Assembly: GCA_027311025.1 (NCBI GenBank)
Contig: DAICZS010000005.1
Coordinates: 7,784 to 71,783 of the forward strand
Source: Ferrovaceae bacterium
Lineage (GTDB): Bacteria > Pseudomonadota > Gammaproteobacteria > Burkholderiales > Ferrovaceae
Direction: 5' to 3'
Length of the DNA: 64,000 nucleotides
Each line of letters begins with the position of its first letter. The first letter of the stretch is position 1. The notes under the pieces were generated by a model, which saw nothing but the letters and a program-made list of their open reading frames with translations, had not been told where the DNA came from and did no database searches. The position numbers and the translations under genes were made by a program. Shown piece after piece: positions 1 through 10,932 of the stretch.

Positions 1-1316
1 ATGATGGCGTATTGCGGGCTTGTGGAGGTATGCATCAGGTAGGCTTCATTGAAGCAGTCCCGATCCAGCTTGCGGGTCTTGCTGTCCTGAATCAGGATTT
101 GCGAAGCCTGGCTCAACCCCGCCAGCAGCTTGTGCGTGGACTGGGTGGACATGACCATGCTTGCCTGGCAAATCGGACGGTCGCGTCCTATGGCATGCAT
201 GTCCTTGTAAAAGTCGCTGAAGGTGGCGTGGGGCAGCCAGGCCTCATCGAAATGCAGCGTGTCGATCTCTCCGTCCAGCATGCCCTTGATGGTTTCCACG
301 TTGTACAGGATGCCGTCATAGGTACTCTGGGTGATGGTCAGCACGCGCGGCTGCAAGGTGCTGCCCTGGGCAAAGGGGTTGGCCGCGATCTTGCGCCGAA
401 TGTTTTCCGGCTTGAACTCGCTCAGGGGAATGGGGCCAATGATGCCGTAATGGTTTCGGGTGGGCATCATGAATACGGGAATGGCTCCGGTCATCATGAT
501 GGCATGCAGCACCGACTTGTGACAGTTACGATCCACCACCACCACATCGCCCGAGGCCACGGTGGAGTGCCAGACGATCTTGTTGGAGGTGGAAGTACCG
601 TTGGTGACAAAAAACAGGTGATCCGCGTTGAAAATCCGCGCCGCATTCCGTTCGGAAGCAGCCACAGGGCCTGTGTGATCCAGCAACTGCCCAAGCTCGT
701 CCACGGCGTTGCACACGTCGGCGCGCAGCATGTTCTCGCCAAAAAACTGGTGAAACATTTGCCCCACCGGGCTTTTCAGAAAGGCCACTCCGCCCGAGTG
801 GCCAGGACAATGCCAGGAATACGAGCCATCAGAGGCGTAATGGGTCAGTGCCCGGAAAAATGGCGGGGCAAGGGAATCCAGGTATACCCGTGCTTCACGC
901 GCAATGTGGCGTGCCACAAACTCGGGCGTATCCTCGAACATATGGATGAAGCCGTGCAGTTCTTTCAGTACGTCATTGGGGATATGGCGTGAAGTGCGGG
1001 TTTCACCGTACAGGAAGATGGGAATGTCGGCATTCCGCCACCGAATTTCCTGCACAAAGGCCCGCAGGTGCTTGAGTGCAGACTCCATTTCGCTGTGTGA
1101 GCCACCGCCGAATTCCTCGTCGTCGATGGACAGGATGAAGGTGGAAGCACGGCTTTGCTGCTGGGCGAAAGAGGCCATGTCGCCAAAACTCGTCACCCCC
1201 AATACTTCCAGTCCTTCCTTCTCAATGGCATCGGCCAGCGCACGAACCCCCAGGCCACTGGTGTTTTCAGAGCGGAAATCCTCGTCAATGATGACGACCG
1301 GAAAGCGGAATTTCAT
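1..1316 (-). CDS. Orn/Lys/Arg decarboxylase family enzyme (PLP-dependent, biodegradative type); N-terminal ~438 codons, C-terminus beyond left window edge
   Basis: Absent from the ORF track because it has no stop in the window. Own translation of the minus strand from ATG 1316: MKFRFPVVIIDEDF...WHCPGHSGG...FVTNGTSTSNK...STQSTHKLL (S-x-H-K PLP lysine)...MHTSTSPQYAI, open to nt 1. Confidence 0.85.
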   Translation of the reverse strand, partial: MKFRFPVVIIDEDFRSENTSGLGVRALADAIEKEGLEVLGVTSFGDMASFAQQQSRASTFILSIDDEEFGGGSHSEMESALKHLRAFVQEIRWRNADIPIFLYGETRTSRHIPNDVLKELHGFIHMFEDTPEFVARHIAREARVYLDSLAPPFFRALTHYASDGSYSWHCPGHSGGVAFLKSPVGQMFHQFFGENMLRADVCNAVDELGQLLDHTGPVAASERNAARIFNADHLFFVTNGTSTSNKIVWHSTVASGDVVVVDRNCHKSVLHAIMMTGAIPVFMMPTRNHYGIIGPIPLSEFKPENIRRKIAANPFAQGSTLQPRVLTITQSTYDGILYNVETIKGMLDGEIDTLHFDEAWLPHATFSDFYKDMHAIGRDRPICQASMVMSTQSTHKLLAGLSQASQILIQDSKTRKLDRDCFNEAYLMHTSTSPQYAI

Positions 1317-1343
1317 GGGGTTCTCCCTGCAAGAAGGGCGGAA

Positions 1344-2948
1344 TTATAGACCCCTTTGGGCCCGCAGCGCGGCTTTATTCAATTTACCCGTGGCGGTATG
1401 CGGCAAGCCATCCACAAACTCGATCTGCTCCGGAATCCACCATTTGGCAATGCGCTGCTCCAGATACCCCCGCAAATCCTCGGCTGACAGCACTTGCCCC
1501 GGCTTTTTCACGGCCAGAAGGAGCGGACGCTCGCCCCAATGCGGGTGGTGGATCCCGATGACGGCAGCCTCCTGAATGGCCGGATGGCCAACGGCCACCT
1601 GTTCAAGCTCTATGGAACTGATCCATTCCCCGCCACTCTTGATCATGTCTTTGGCCCGGTCGGTAATCTGCATGAAGCCTTCTTCATCGATCACAGCCAC
1701 GTCGCCCGTGGGAAACCAGCCCTGCTGCAGGGACTCCGAGGGGTCCTTGTAGTAACCGTTGCAAACCCAGTGGCCCTGCACCATCAGATGTCCGAATGTA
1801 CGGCCGTCGTGGGGCAAAGGCCACCCTTCATCGTCTACCACCTCCATGTCCACCCCAAACAATGGGCGTCCCGAGCGGGCTAACCAATCACGTCTGGCCT
1901 GGCCCACCAGCCCCGCCTGATTGGCTTTGGGCAGGGTCAGGGCCGCCACCGGGCTGGTTTCCGTCATGCCCCACCCCGGTAACACACTCACCTTCTGCAC
2001 ATCCTCAAAGTAGCTCACGATCGTCCTGGGGCAGGCCGCCCCCCCCACGCCCAGGCGTTTGAGATAGTGCAACTGGCGCCCCTCAGCCTGGAGGTATTGC
2101 ATCAGGTTATTCCAGACCGTGGGGACCCCTGCGGTCAACGTAACCTTCTCAGACTCCAGCAACTGGTAAAGGTTGGGTCCATCCAGCAGCGGTCCGGGAA
2201 GCACCAGTTTGGCACCCACCAGGGCGGCGGCATAGGGAAATCCCCAGGCATTGGCGTGAAACAGGGGAACAACGGGCAATACGGAATCACACGCTGAAAA
2301 GGACAGCGAATCCGGCAAGGACACGCCCCAGGCATGCAGCAGCGTGGAGCGGTGGCTGTAGAGCACGCCCTTGGGCTTGCCGGTAGTGCCAGAGGTATAG
2401 CATAGGGCTGCGGCCGTCCTCTCATCCATTTCAGGCCATTCGTAGTCACTGGAAGCCTGTTGCAGAAGCGCTTCGTAACCCAGGAGGGGCAACACTGAAG
2501 GCGGCAAATTGGCGTCCGGTTCGTCCATCACGATGACCTGGGCCACGCAGGTCAGTTGGCTTGCCAGGGATTCCACCAGGGGTAGAAACATGGGGTCGAC
2601 CAGCAGGATCTTGTCTTCGGCGTGCTGGATGATGCCCGCAATCTGCTCGGGAAACAGGCGCGGATTAATGGTATGACAGATGGCCCCCATGCCTGAGATG
2701 GCGTAATACGCCTCCAGATGGCGATGGTGGTTCCAGCCCAGGGTGCCTACCCGGTCTCCGGTGGTCACCCCCAGAGCCTGCAGGGCATTGGCAAGCTTGC
2801 GACAACGGGTGTGCGTGCTGCTCCAGGTACCGCGATAGATGGTGCCATCCGCATTGCGGGAAACAATCGGCGTATGGCCATGGTGCCGGTCCGCGTGCTC
2901 GATCAGGGACGAAACCAGCAGCGGACGGTGCATCATCAAACCCAGCAT
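1344..2948 (-). CDS. AMP-dependent acyl-CoA synthetase/ligase (fatty-acid-CoA ligase family)
   Basis: 534-aa ORF with ATG start. AMP-binding signature [12 protein letters not shown], then GWFPTGD and KSGGEWISS motifs of the adenylate-forming superfamily. Confidence 0.85.
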   Translation of the reverse strand: MLGLMMHRPLLVSSLIEHADRHHGHTPIVSRNADGTIYRGTWSSTHTRCRKLANALQALGVTTGDRVGTLGWNHHRHLEAYYAISGMGAICHTINPRLFPEQIAGIIQHAEDKILLVDPMFLPLVESLASQLTCVAQVIVMDEPDANLPPSVLPLLGYEALLQQASSDYEWPEMDERTAAALCYTSGTTGKPKGVLYSHRSTLLHAWGVSLPDSLSFSACDSVLPVVPLFHANAWGFPYAAALVGAKLVLPGPLLDGPNLYQLLESEKVTLTAGVPTVWNNLMQYLQAEGRQLHYLKRLGVGGAACPRTIVSYFEDVQKVSVLPGWGMTETSPVAALTLPKANQAGLVGQARRDWLARSGRPLFGVDMEVVDDEGWPLPHDGRTFGHLMVQGHWVCNGYYKDPSESLQQGWFPTGDVAVIDEEGFMQITDRAKDMIKSGGEWISSIELEQVAVGHPAIQEAAVIGIHHPHWGERPLLLAVKKPGQVLSAEDLRGYLEQRIAKWWIPEQIEFVDGLPHTATGKLNKAALRAQRGL

Positions 2949-3006
2949 GGGGAACTTCTCCGTGAAATTTTCTGATCCTATCGTAATCGAAATGTGACAG
3001 GACAGT

Positions 3007-3012
3007 TATAAT
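3007..3012 (+). promoter_or_regulatory. possible -10 hexamer (TATAAT) for the moaA array
   Basis: Perfect TATAAT sits 15 nt before the moaA ATG. No convincing -35 and no SD, which implies a very short leader. Weak call. Confidence 0.25.
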
Positions 3013-3027
3013 GTCAGACCAGCTACC

Positions 3028-4047
3028 ATGAAAACCACTCTGCCCCGCCTTCAAGACGCTCTGGGCCGCCCCCTTCAGGATCTGAGGATCTCGGTGACGG
3101 ATCGGTGCAATTTTCGCTGTACTTACTGCATGCCAAGGGAAATCTTTGGCCCGGACCATGCCTTTTTGCCCCGGCCAGCGCTGCTCACCTTTGAGGAAAT
3201 CACGCGCGTGGCACGCCTTTTTGCGTCCCTGGGCGTGCACAAGATCCGTCTCACCGGTGGCGAACCGCTGTTGCGTAAACAGGTGGAATCCCTGGTCGCG
3301 CAGCTTTCCAGCATTCCCGGGACGGACCTCACCCTCACCACCAATGGCGCCATCCTTGCCAAAAAGGCGCAGGCCCTGCGGGATGCCGGCCTGAAACGCA
3401 TTACCGTGAGCCTTGATGCCCTGGACGACGCCACCTTCAAGCGCATGAACGACGCCGATTTTACGGTAAAGCAGGTGCTGGAGGGAATCGAAGCTGCCCA
3501 ACTGGCGGGCTTGCAACCCATCAAGGTCAATGCCGTCATCCAGCGCGGGGTCAACGAGCACGCCATCGTGGACCTGGCCCGGCATTTTCGTGGCAGTGGC
3601 ATCATCCTGCGTTTCATCGAGTTCATGGATGTGGGGGCAACCAATGGCTGGCGCCTCGACGACGTGGTGAGTGCCACCGAAATCCAGCAGCGCATTGCCG
3701 CCCACTGGCCTGTAGAACCATTGGAACCCACAGCCCCGGGTGAGGTGGCGGAACGGTACCGTTACGGTGATGGCAGCGGGGAGATTGGCATCATTGCTTC
3801 AGTCACCCGGCCATTTTGTCGCGACTGTTCCCGCATTCGGCTTTCCACCGACGGCAGCCTGTTTACCTGCCTGTTTGCCAGCCATGGTTTTGATCTTAAA
3901 ACCCCGTTGCGGGCAGGCGCGGATGACGCTGCGTTGTTGCAGTCCATATCCAGTTTGTGGCAACACCGGGCAGATCGCTATTCCGAAATTCGTTCTGAAG
4001 CCACACAGGGCCGGCACAAAATCGAAATGTCCTACATCGGAGGATAA
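3028..4047 (+). CDS. moaA: GTP 3',8-cyclase (molybdenum cofactor biosynthesis protein A)
   Basis: 339 aa. Radical-SAM [17 protein letters not shown], and the C-terminal second-cluster region [13 protein letters not shown]. Confidence 0.95.
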   Translation: MKTTLPRLQDALGRPLQDLRISVTDRCNFRCTYCMPREIFGPDHAFLPRPALLTFEEITRVARLFASLGVHKIRLTGGEPLLRKQVESLVAQLSSIPGTDLTLTTNGAILAKKAQALRDAGLKRITVSLDALDDATFKRMNDADFTVKQVLEGIEAAQLAGLQPIKVNAVIQRGVNEHAIVDLARHFRGSGIILRFIEFMDVGATNGWRLDDVVSATEIQQRIAAHWPVEPLEPTAPGEVAERYRYGDGSGEIGIIASVTRPFCRDCSRIRLSTDGSLFTCLFASHGFDLKTPLRAGADDAALLQSISSLWQHRADRYSEIRSEATQGRHKIEMSYIGG

Positions 4048-4637
4048 TGATGGCCATTACAGGTTGCATTCTGGCAGGCGGAGCCAGCACCCGCATGGGA
4101 GGGCAGGACAAGGGGCTGCTGCACTGGCATGGCCGTCCGCTCATCGAAGCCGTCATGGCGCGTTTCTTGCCCCAAGTGGAGAGCCTGGTCATCAGCGCCA
4201 ATCGCCACCTTGAACAATACAGTCACTATGGCCACGCCGTGCTCCCCGATGACGAACAAGGTTACGCCGGGCCCCTGGCAGGCATCGAACGGGCCCTGGC
4301 GCACGCCCATGGCACACATGAACTGGTGGCCGTAGTTCCCTGCGATGCCCCCCTCCTGCCGCTTGATCTCGTCGGGCGGTTGCAGGCTGCGTTGCGCGCA
4401 GAAGATGCCGACATCGCCTATGCCGTCACGGTGGGTGGAGACCAGCCCGTCTTTGCCCTCATCAAAACCGCCCTGCTACCCAGCCTCTCCGAATATTTGC
4501 GTGAAGGGGAGCGCAAGGTCCAGCGTTGGTACGCACGCTGCGCCACGGTCACCGTGCCCTTCGATGACGTGCCGCAAGCCTTTACCAACATCAATACACC
4601 GGAGATGCTGCACAGCGTTACGCCAGGGCCCCAATGA
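4047..4637 (+). CDS. mobA: molybdenum cofactor guanylyltransferase
   Basis: 196 aa. N-terminal ILAGGASTRMGGQDKGLL nucleotide-binding motif. Start overlaps the moaA stop (TAATG). Confidence 0.85.
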   Translation: MMAITGCILAGGASTRMGGQDKGLLHWHGRPLIEAVMARFLPQVESLVISANRHLEQYSHYGHAVLPDDEQGYAGPLAGIERALAHAHGTHELVAVVPCDAPLLPLDLVGRLQAALRAEDADIAYAVTVGGDQPVFALIKTALLPSLSEYLREGERKVQRWYARCATVTVPFDDVPQAFTNINTPEMLHSVTPGPQ

Positions 4638-5881
4638 AGACGATAACCAACGATTACGATCCACAGTCCATGACTGTGGAACAGGCACGAGCGGTGATCT
4701 CCCGCCACCTCAAACCGGTGGACAGCACCATGCGTGTGCCCGTACGCTCCGCCCTGAACCGCTTTCTCGCAGAAGATGTGCTTTCTCCCATCGACGTTCC
4801 AGCGCATGTCAATGCAGCCATGGATGGCTATGCCGTTCGTTTTGCCGAACTGGCTGCGGTTGGCGAAACGGCGCTCACCATCAGCGCCACGGTCCTTGCC
4901 GGTGATGCCCCGCCGCTACCGCTGGCACCCGGTCAGGCGGTACGCGTCATGACCGGTGCCGCAATTCCAGATAACGCCGACACAGTAGTGATGCAGGAGC
5001 AAACCCGACGGGAGGCAGATCGCGTATGGATTCAGCCAGGCCAGCACAATGGGCAGCATGTGCGTCAGGCAGGAGAAGACCTGCATAGGGGCGCTACCGC
5101 GTTGCACCGGGGAAAACGGCTGCGTGCCGCCGAGTTGGGGCTGATTGCCTCGCTGGGCATTGGAGAAGTCAGCGTATTCCGTCCGTTGCGCGTGGCTTTC
5201 TTTTCAACGGGAGACGAACTTGCTTCCATCGGCCAGCCCCTGGCTGAAGGGCAGATCTATGACAGCAATCGTTACACCCTCCATGGCATGCTCACCGCGC
5301 TGGGATTTGATTGTTTTGATCTGGGCGTGGTCCGCGACCATCCAGTGGCCATCGAAAACGCATTCGAGGAAGCCTCGAGGATGGCCGACGTAGTCATCAC
5401 CAGTGGAGGCGTTTCAGTGGGTGAAGCGGATTTCATCAAGCCCTTGCTGGCCCGGATGGGCGAAGTGGTGTTCTGGAAAATCGCCATGAAACCTGGTCGT
5501 CCACTGGCCTACGGGCATTTGGGCCCCTGTCATTTCTTTGGACTGCCGGGCAACCCCGTGGCAGTCATGGTGACCTTTTACGCCTTCGTGCGCGACGCCT
5601 TGCTAACCCTGGCGGGCGCCAACCCCCTTCCCATCTCGCCCCGATGGCTCGTGCGCACCACCACGCCGCTCAAAAAGGCGCCCGGTCGCACCGAATTTCA
5701 ACGCGGTATCGTCAGCCAAAACGCCCAGGGCGAATGGACGGTACGCTCCACCGGAAATCAGGGATCGGGTATTCTGCGATCCATGACTGAAGCCAACTGT
5801 TTTATCGTGCTTCCCCAGGACAGAGGGTCTGTGGAAGCGGGAGACGACGTTGAGATCCAATTGTTTGAAGGGTTGGTCTGA
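4634..5881 (+). CDS. moeA: molybdopterin molybdenumtransferase
   Basis: 415 aa. MoeA-type motifs [17 protein letters not shown] and [13 protein letters not shown] overlap with mobA. Confidence 0.9.
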   Translation: MKTITNDYDPQSMTVEQARAVISRHLKPVDSTMRVPVRSALNRFLAEDVLSPIDVPAHVNAAMDGYAVRFAELAAVGETALTISATVLAGDAPPLPLAPGQAVRVMTGAAIPDNADTVVMQEQTRREADRVWIQPGQHNGQHVRQAGEDLHRGATALHRGKRLRAAELGLIASLGIGEVSVFRPLRVAFFSTGDELASIGQPLAEGQIYDSNRYTLHGMLTALGFDCFDLGVVRDHPVAIENAFEEASRMADVVITSGGVSVGEADFIKPLLARMGEVVFWKIAMKPGRPLAYGHLGPCHFFGLPGNPVAVMVTFYAFVRDALLTLAGANPLPISPRWLVRTTTPLKKAPGRTEFQRGIVSQNAQGEWTVRSTGNQGSGILRSMTEANCFIVLPQDRGSVEAGDDVEIQLFEGLV

Positions 5882-5885
5882 TGCC

Positions 5886-6629
5886 ATGACGCGTCTGCAC
5901 GATTTACCGCTCCGCAATCTTCAGTTCTACGCCACGGCACCCTACCCGTGCAGCTATCTGCCCGGGCTCGACGCGCGCTCCCAGGTGGTGACCCCAGGCT
6001 ACCTGATCGACCAGCCGCTCTACAGTGCGCTGGTGGATTCTGGCTTTCGGCGTAGCGGCGCATTCACCTATCGCCCGCATTGCGACCATTGCAATGCTTG
6101 CGTTCCAGTACGCGTGGACGTCAATGCATTCCAGCCCAATCGCTCCCAGCGCCGGGCCTGGAACCGTCATGGTCACCTCACGGCGCAACAGCTGCCACTG
6201 CGCTTTAGCGCAGAGCATTACGCGCTCTACACCCGCTATCAACTGTCACGCCACCTGGAACGGGACATCGACCAGGACAGCCAGGAGCAGTACATCCACT
6301 TCCTGTTGCAATCCACCATTCCCAGCCATCTGGTGGAGTTTCGCGAGGCAGGTGTCCTGCGCATGGTCAGCATCATCGACGAACTGCAGCAAGGACTCTC
6401 TTCAGTCTATACTTTTTATGAGCCCGATCTGCCCAAGGCAAGCCTCGGAACCTACAACATCCTGTGGCAAATCGAACAGTGCAAAAGCCGCGGCCTGCCG
6501 TGGCTGTATCTGGGTTACTGGATCCGCCACAGTCAAAAAATGGCTTACAAAATCCATTTTCAGCCGCTGCAGGGCCTCGTCAGCTCACATTGGGCGCCAC
6601 TGCCCCTTCCTGAAGTGGAGAACAGCTGA
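5886..6629 (+). CDS. bpt: arginyl/leucyl-tRNA--protein transferase (Bpt/Ate family, N-degron pathway)
   Basis: CSYLPG, GFRRSG and [16 protein letters not shown] motifs with an acyltransferase-like C-terminal half. ATG 5886 preferred (ORF opens at 5850). Confidence 0.8.
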   Translation: MTRLHDLPLRNLQFYATAPYPCSYLPGLDARSQVVTPGYLIDQPLYSALVDSGFRRSGAFTYRPHCDHCNACVPVRVDVNAFQPNRSQRRAWNRHGHLTAQQLPLRFSAEHYALYTRYQLSRHLERDIDQDSQEQYIHFLLQSTIPSHLVEFREAGVLRMVSIIDELQQGLSSVYTFYEPDLPKASLGTYNILWQIEQCKSRGLPWLYLGYWIRHSQKMAYKIHFQPLQGLVSSHWAPLPLPEVENS

Positions 6630-7639
6630 TGCTCTATCCCCTGGCAAAACGCCTGCTGTTCCAGATGGATGCAGAACAGGCCCACACCTTCACGCTCAAG
6701 GCGCTGAACCGGGCTGCCCAGTGCGGACTCATTCAGCCTGGTAAAGCCAGGATCGTCCTGCCACGCACCGTCATGGGGCTGAACTTCCCCAACCCGCTGG
6801 GCATTGCCGCGGGCATGGATAAAAACGCCGAGTATCTGGATGGCCTGGGAGCACTGGGTGTGGGCTTCGTTGAAGCGGGCACAGTCACTCCCCGGCCACA
6901 ACCTGGCAACCCCAGGCCGCGCGTTTTCCGCCTGCCTGAAGTGGAAGGGGTCATCAACCGCCTGGGGTTCAACAATGACGGCGTGGATCACTTTCTGCAG
7001 CAAGTCTCCCGAACGCACTACAGCGGCATCCTGGGTATCAACATCGGCAAGAATTTCGATACACCCATGGAAAATGCCGTTGACGATTATGTGAACGCGC
7101 TGCGCCGGGTGTACCCTCACGCCCACTATGTGACAATTAATATTTCTTCTCCCAACACGCGCAACCTGCGCGAACTGCAAGGCAATGACGAACTCACGCG
7201 ACTGCTCGGCGCCGTCAAGGGCGCACAGCGCGAACTGGCAGATCAAAGCGGGCGACATGTACCCATCGCCCTCAAGATAGCGCCGGATCTGGAGCCTGCC
7301 CAGATTGATGACATCGCCAAACTGTTGATTGCCCATGGCATGGATGGCGTCATTGCCACCAACACCACCATCAGCCGCAACACCATCGCGGCACATCCAT
7401 TGGCTCATGAAGGGGGGGGCCTCAGCGGTGCCCCGTTGCATGACATGTCGCTGGCCGTCGTGCAACGGCTGGCGCATGCACTGGATGGCGCCCTGCCCAT
7501 CATCGGGGTGGGAGGCATCAACAGCGTTGCCCGTGCCAAGGCCATGCTGGACGCGGGCGCCTCCCTGATCCAGCTGTATACCGGCCTGATCTACAAGGGG
7601 CCGGGACTGATCGACGAAATCCTGCAAGGGCTTGCATGA
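6629..7639 (+). CDS. pyrD: dihydroorotate dehydrogenase (quinone), class 2
   Basis: 336 aa. [39 protein letters not shown] and IGVGGI. Confidence 0.95.
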   Translation: MLYPLAKRLLFQMDAEQAHTFTLKALNRAAQCGLIQPGKARIVLPRTVMGLNFPNPLGIAAGMDKNAEYLDGLGALGVGFVEAGTVTPRPQPGNPRPRVFRLPEVEGVINRLGFNNDGVDHFLQQVSRTHYSGILGINIGKNFDTPMENAVDDYVNALRRVYPHAHYVTINISSPNTRNLRELQGNDELTRLLGAVKGAQRELADQSGRHVPIALKIAPDLEPAQIDDIAKLLIAHGMDGVIATNTTISRNTIAAHPLAHEGGGLSGAPLHDMSLAVVQRLAHALDGALPIIGVGGINSVARAKAMLDAGASLIQLYTGLIYKGPGLIDEILQGLA

Positions 7640-7869
7640 GCACTGCAGTAGCGCTGCCCACCCTCTCCAATCGCACCCAAGTGGCACTGATCCGGGAAGC
7701 GGAATGCATCGGCTGTTTTCGTTGCATCAAGGCCTGTCCTGAAAATGCAATCCTGGGCGCGTCGCGCTGGATGCACACCGTGCTGCACGATCTGTGCACC
7801 GGCTGTGAAAGCTGCCTGGCTCCATGCCCCGTGGATTGTATCGACCTCATCCCCGCAGCGCCGCTATGA
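7636..7869 (+). CDS. small 2x[4Fe-4S] ferredoxin, RnfB/RsxB C-terminal-module-like
   Basis: 77 aa. Two CxxCxxCxxxCP motifs ([24 protein letters not shown]). ATGA overlaps with pyrD upstream and nth downstream. Confidence 0.8.
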   Translation: MSTAVALPTLSNRTQVALIREAECIGCFRCIKACPENAILGASRWMHTVLHDLCTGCESCLAPCPVDCIDLIPAAPL

Positions 7870-8498
7870 AACCCGCTGATCGCGTTGCGCTGTTTACACG
7901 GTTGCAATCGGCCAATCCCCATCCCACCACCGAACTGCACTACGCCAACCCGTTTCAATTACTGGTGGCCGTCATCCTCTCTGCGCAGGCCACGGACAAG
8001 AGCGTCAATCTGGCCACCGCCCCGCTCTTCAAAACCATCCGCACCCCCGCCGCGTTACTGGCGCTGGGCCATGAACGCTTCGAACAGGCCATCCGCACCA
8101 TCGGTCTGTATCGCACCAAAGCCCGCAACGTGATGGCTACGGCCCGGATTCTGGAGGAACAATTTGGCGGGGAGGTTCCTGATCGACGCGAGGCCCTGGA
8201 GTCGCTGCCCGGCGTGGGGCGTAAGACAGCCAATGTGGTGCTCAACACCGCGTTTGGCCAACCGACCATTGCCGTGGACACGCATATCTTTCGGGTAGCC
8301 AACCGTACCGGCCTCGCCCCAGGCAAGACTCCGCTAGAAGTGGAATTGAAATTGCTCAGGGCCGTCCCCGCAGCGTTCAGAAAAGATGCACACCACTGGC
8401 TGATCCTGCACGGACGCTATGTCTGCAAGGCCCGCCAACCCGACTGCACCCATTGTGTCATCGTGGATTTGTGCGCTTATGGAGCGAAGCGTGTTTAA
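7866..8498 (+). CDS. nth: endonuclease III
   Basis: HhH-GPD motifs [13 protein letters not shown] and DTHIFRV. Cluster loop C-x6-C-x2-C-x5-C ([17 protein letters not shown]). ATG 7866 (ORF opens at 7824). Confidence 0.95.
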   Translation: MKPADRVALFTRLQSANPHPTTELHYANPFQLLVAVILSAQATDKSVNLATAPLFKTIRTPAALLALGHERFEQAIRTIGLYRTKARNVMATARILEEQFGGEVPDRREALESLPGVGRKTANVVLNTAFGQPTIAVDTHIFRVANRTGLAPGKTPLEVELKLLRAVPAAFRKDAHHWLILHGRYVCKARQPDCTHCVIVDLCAYGAKRV

Positions 8499-8910
8499 TC
8501 CTTCGCGCAGCGAAGCGCGTCAATTCTTTTTTGAGGTCTGGCGCAAACAACGGGACAAAACCCTGATGACCCCCCTGGAAAGCGTTGCCTGGGAAATCAT
8601 CAGCCATCATCCCGAATACCACAGTCTTCTCGCGCATCCCGAACAGGCGCTGGAACGCGAATGGTTTCCGGAACAGGGCGAAACCAACCCGTTTTTACAC
8701 CTCGGGCTGCATCTTGCCGTGGAAGAACAGCTGGCCATCGATCAGCCTCCTGGCATCAGGGCAGCCTACAACCAGCTTTGTACCCGGCTCAAGGACGAGC
8801 ATGCCGCGCGCCACCATGTGCTGGAGTGCCTGGCTGAAGTGGTCTGGGATTCGCAGCGTCACGGCACCCCCCTCGACGGAGCGCGATATCTGGAGCTGAT
8901 CAGGAAGTAG
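8479..8910 (+). CDS. DUF1841-family protein
   Basis: HPEYHSLL and NPFLHLGLHLAVEEQ blocks match my memory of DUF1841. Start is uncertain (ATG 8479 or GTG 8491). Confidence 0.65.
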   Translation: MERSVFNPSRSEARQFFFEVWRKQRDKTLMTPLESVAWEIISHHPEYHSLLAHPEQALEREWFPEQGETNPFLHLGLHLAVEEQLAIDQPPGIRAAYNQLCTRLKDEHAARHHVLECLAEVVWDSQRHGTPLDGARYLELIRK

Positions 8911-9607
8911 GTAACGCCTTTTTCCAAAGGCATTGGCCTTTGCTGGCCTGTTCAATCTGCTCCAGCTGTTGCATGTGTCCGTCCAGTTCGTCGAGGCTGG
9001 CATACTGCACCCTGAGTGGTTTCACGGGGCGTTGAACCGAAACGCGCGTTGGCCCTGAGGAGTGCCCGGGGTCTTCCATCATCAGGGTTTCCTGCCCACG
9101 GGTCATGGCAAGGTAGACATCTCCCAACAATTCCGCATCCAGCAGCGCGCCGTGGAAAGTACGCTTCGAATTGTCAATGCCGTAGCGTTCACACAGGGCA
9201 TCCAGGGTATTGCGTTTACCAGGATGCAGTTCGCGGGCCACCATCAGGGTGTCCACCACTTGTGGGCAACGCACTGACAGGGGTTCGCGTCCCAATTGCC
9301 TGAGCTCATGGTTGAGAAACCCTATGTCAAAGGCAGCGTTGTGAATGACCAGTTCGGCACCGTCCACGAATTCCAGAAACTCCTCGACCACATCCGCAAA
9401 ACGGGGCTTATCCGACAGAAACGCCGTGGTCAGGCCGTGCTTTTGCAAGGCGCCAGGGTCACTCTCCCGGTCCGGATTGAGGTATTTGTGGAAATGCTTG
9501 CCGGTACGTCGCCGTTGAATGATTTCAACCAATCCGATTTCAATGACGCGATGCCCTTTGGCAGGCTCAAGGCCGGTGGTTTCCGTATCCAGGATAATCT
9601 GTCTCAT
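8900..9607 (-). CDS. dnaQ: DNA polymerase III subunit epsilon
   Basis: 235 aa. Exo I ILDTETTG, Exo [12 protein letters not shown], Exo [13 protein letters not shown]. Confidence 0.92.
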   Translation of the reverse strand: MRQIILDTETTGLEPAKGHRVIEIGLVEIIQRRRTGKHFHKYLNPDRESDPGALQKHGLTTAFLSDKPRFADVVEEFLEFVDGAELVIHNAAFDIGFLNHELRQLGREPLSVRCPQVVDTLMVARELHPGKRNTLDALCERYGIDNSKRTFHGALLDAELLGDVYLAMTRGQETLMMEDPGHSSGPTRVSVQRPVKPLRVQYASLDELDGHMQQLEQIEQASKGQCLWKKALPTS

Positions 9608-10056
9608 GGGGCACGCCCCGCCAGTCCCTGGTTGGCAAGCTCGTCCGCGCGTTCATTACCCGGATTACCGGCATGACCCTTCACCCAGCGCCAGTCAATT
9701 TCGTGCCTCGGTGCCTCCTGGGCCAGCATCATCCACAAATCGGCATTCTTGACCGGTTGCCTGCTGGCCGTTTTCCAGCCATTGCGCTGCCAGCCCTTGA
9801 TCCACTCCGTGATCCCCTTCTGGACATACTGGGAATCGGTGTGGAGGATCACCTGACAAGGACGCTTCAAGGCCTTGAGCGCCTCGATGACGGCCGTCAG
9901 TTCCATGCGATTGTTGGTGGTCTGCGCGGCGCCGCCACTGAGCTCCCGTCGCACGCCCTGGCAGTCCAGTAACGCTCCCCATCCCCCCGGGCCAGGATTG
10001 CCCTTGCATGCGCCGTCGGTGTAAATTTCTACGATAGTACTTTTATTTTCAGTCAC
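9604..10056 (-). CDS. rnhA: ribonuclease HI
   Basis: 150 aa. [24 protein letters not shown] and [18 protein letters not shown] start at 10056. ATGA overlap with dnaQ. Confidence 0.92.
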   Translation of the reverse strand: MTENKSTIVEIYTDGACKGNPGPGGWGALLDCQGVRRELSGGAAQTTNNRMELTAVIEALKALKRPCQVILHTDSQYVQKGITEWIKGWQRNGWKTASRQPVKNADLWMMLAQEAPRHEIDWRWVKGHAGNPGNERADELANQGLAGRAP

Positions 10057-10103
10057 ATCTAATTGTTTTATATATGCTTTATGAACAAGATCACCATTGG
10101 AAA

Positions 10104-10892
10104 TCAGGGTGCATTGCCCTCGGGAGGCCGCACGCCGGGAATGAGATGCACCACTTTGTTATCGGGATATTCCGTACGCCGCACTGCGGTGCGCACCGCC
10201 CGGGCAAGTACCTTGTCCGCTGCGACACGGTTCCAGCGTGGTGTGATGAGGCGCACACCCTGGACGCGCTTGATCGCTTCCAGCATGTAAACCCCGCCAC
10301 CCACGCCCCACCAGCGATCTCCTGCAGGCTCAAGGAAACGAAACCGATGAAGCCAGGACTCGCTGGCAATGGGTGGCGCATAGGCCCAGAAACGCCCGCC
10401 GCTCACTTCAAAACCCAACAGTGCCAACCAGTCCTTGAGCCGGGGTAAAGAAATGAAGTGTCCACACCAAGGGTATGAGCCAGAACGCCTGCCGCGCGAA
10501 AAAAACTGGCGCATGCCCCAAAGGCTGTGGGGGTTGAAGCCGGTAATGATCAGACGCCCCTCGGGCATCATGACGCGGTCCAACTCGCGCAAAATGCCGT
10601 GGGGATTGTCGGAAAACTCCAATGCATGGGGCAATACGGCCAGGTCAATGCTTTGCGTGGCAACAGGCAGGGCTTCGGGTTTGGCCCGCAGGCGGGTGGC
10701 GCCATCACGACTCACGGTGATCTTGTTGGGAATGCGGTTGGCACGCAGCGCTTCCAGCTCCGGCAAAAAAACCTGGAGTGCATTGAAACCAAACACGTTG
10801 GAAACGGCCTCATCCAGGATGGTCTGCTCCCGTTGAAGCACATAAGCCCCCAGGGGTGTTTGAAGCCAGTCGTGCAAGGTTGCGTCAGCCAT
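10104..10892 (-). CDS. SAM-dependent methyltransferase-like protein (YafS-like)
   Basis: Sits in the same mltD-gloB-yafS-rnhA-dnaQ neighbourhood as in E. coli. Methyltransferase-type block [20 protein letters not shown] 10892 preferred over TTG 10910. Confidence 0.7.
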   Translation of the reverse strand: MADATLHDWLQTPLGAYVLQREQTILDEAVSNVFGFNALQVFLPELEALRANRIPNKITVSRDGATRLRAKPEALPVATQSIDLAVLPHALEFSDNPHGILRELDRVMMPEGRLIITGFNPHSLWGMRQFFSRGRRSGSYPWCGHFISLPRLKDWLALLGFEVSGGRFWAYAPPIASESWLHRFRFLEPAGDRWWGVGGGVYMLEAIKRVQGVRLITPRWNRVAADKVLARAVRTAVRRTEYPDNKVVHLIPGVRPPEGNAP

Positions 10893-10932
10893 GCCAGAAT
10901 TGTAGACCAAACCGCAACATTAAGAGCAATCC

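Noticed and set aside
12-992. 326-aa plus-strand ORF, the longest listed ORF at the left edge
   Set aside because: Arg/Gly/His/Val-rich with no recognisable motifs. It lies exactly antisense to a clean decarboxylase reading frame, so it is a shadow ORF of GC-rich DNA.
2949-3027. Possible Moco riboswitch or FNR site upstream of moaA
   Set aside because: The spacer is only 79 bp, too short for the >100-nt Moco RNA motif. I found no TTGAT-n4-ATCAA-like FNR box. A covariance-model scan would settle it.
2665-3705. 346-aa minus-strand ORF spanning the acyl-CoA ligase start, the spacer and moaA
   Set aside because: It crosses an intergenic promoter region, is antisense to well-supported moaA, and has low-complexity Gly/Ala/His/Arg composition.
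6560-7687. 375-aa minus-strand ORF
   Set aside because: Fully antisense to pyrD, whose translation carries all DHODH motifs. No motifs of its own.
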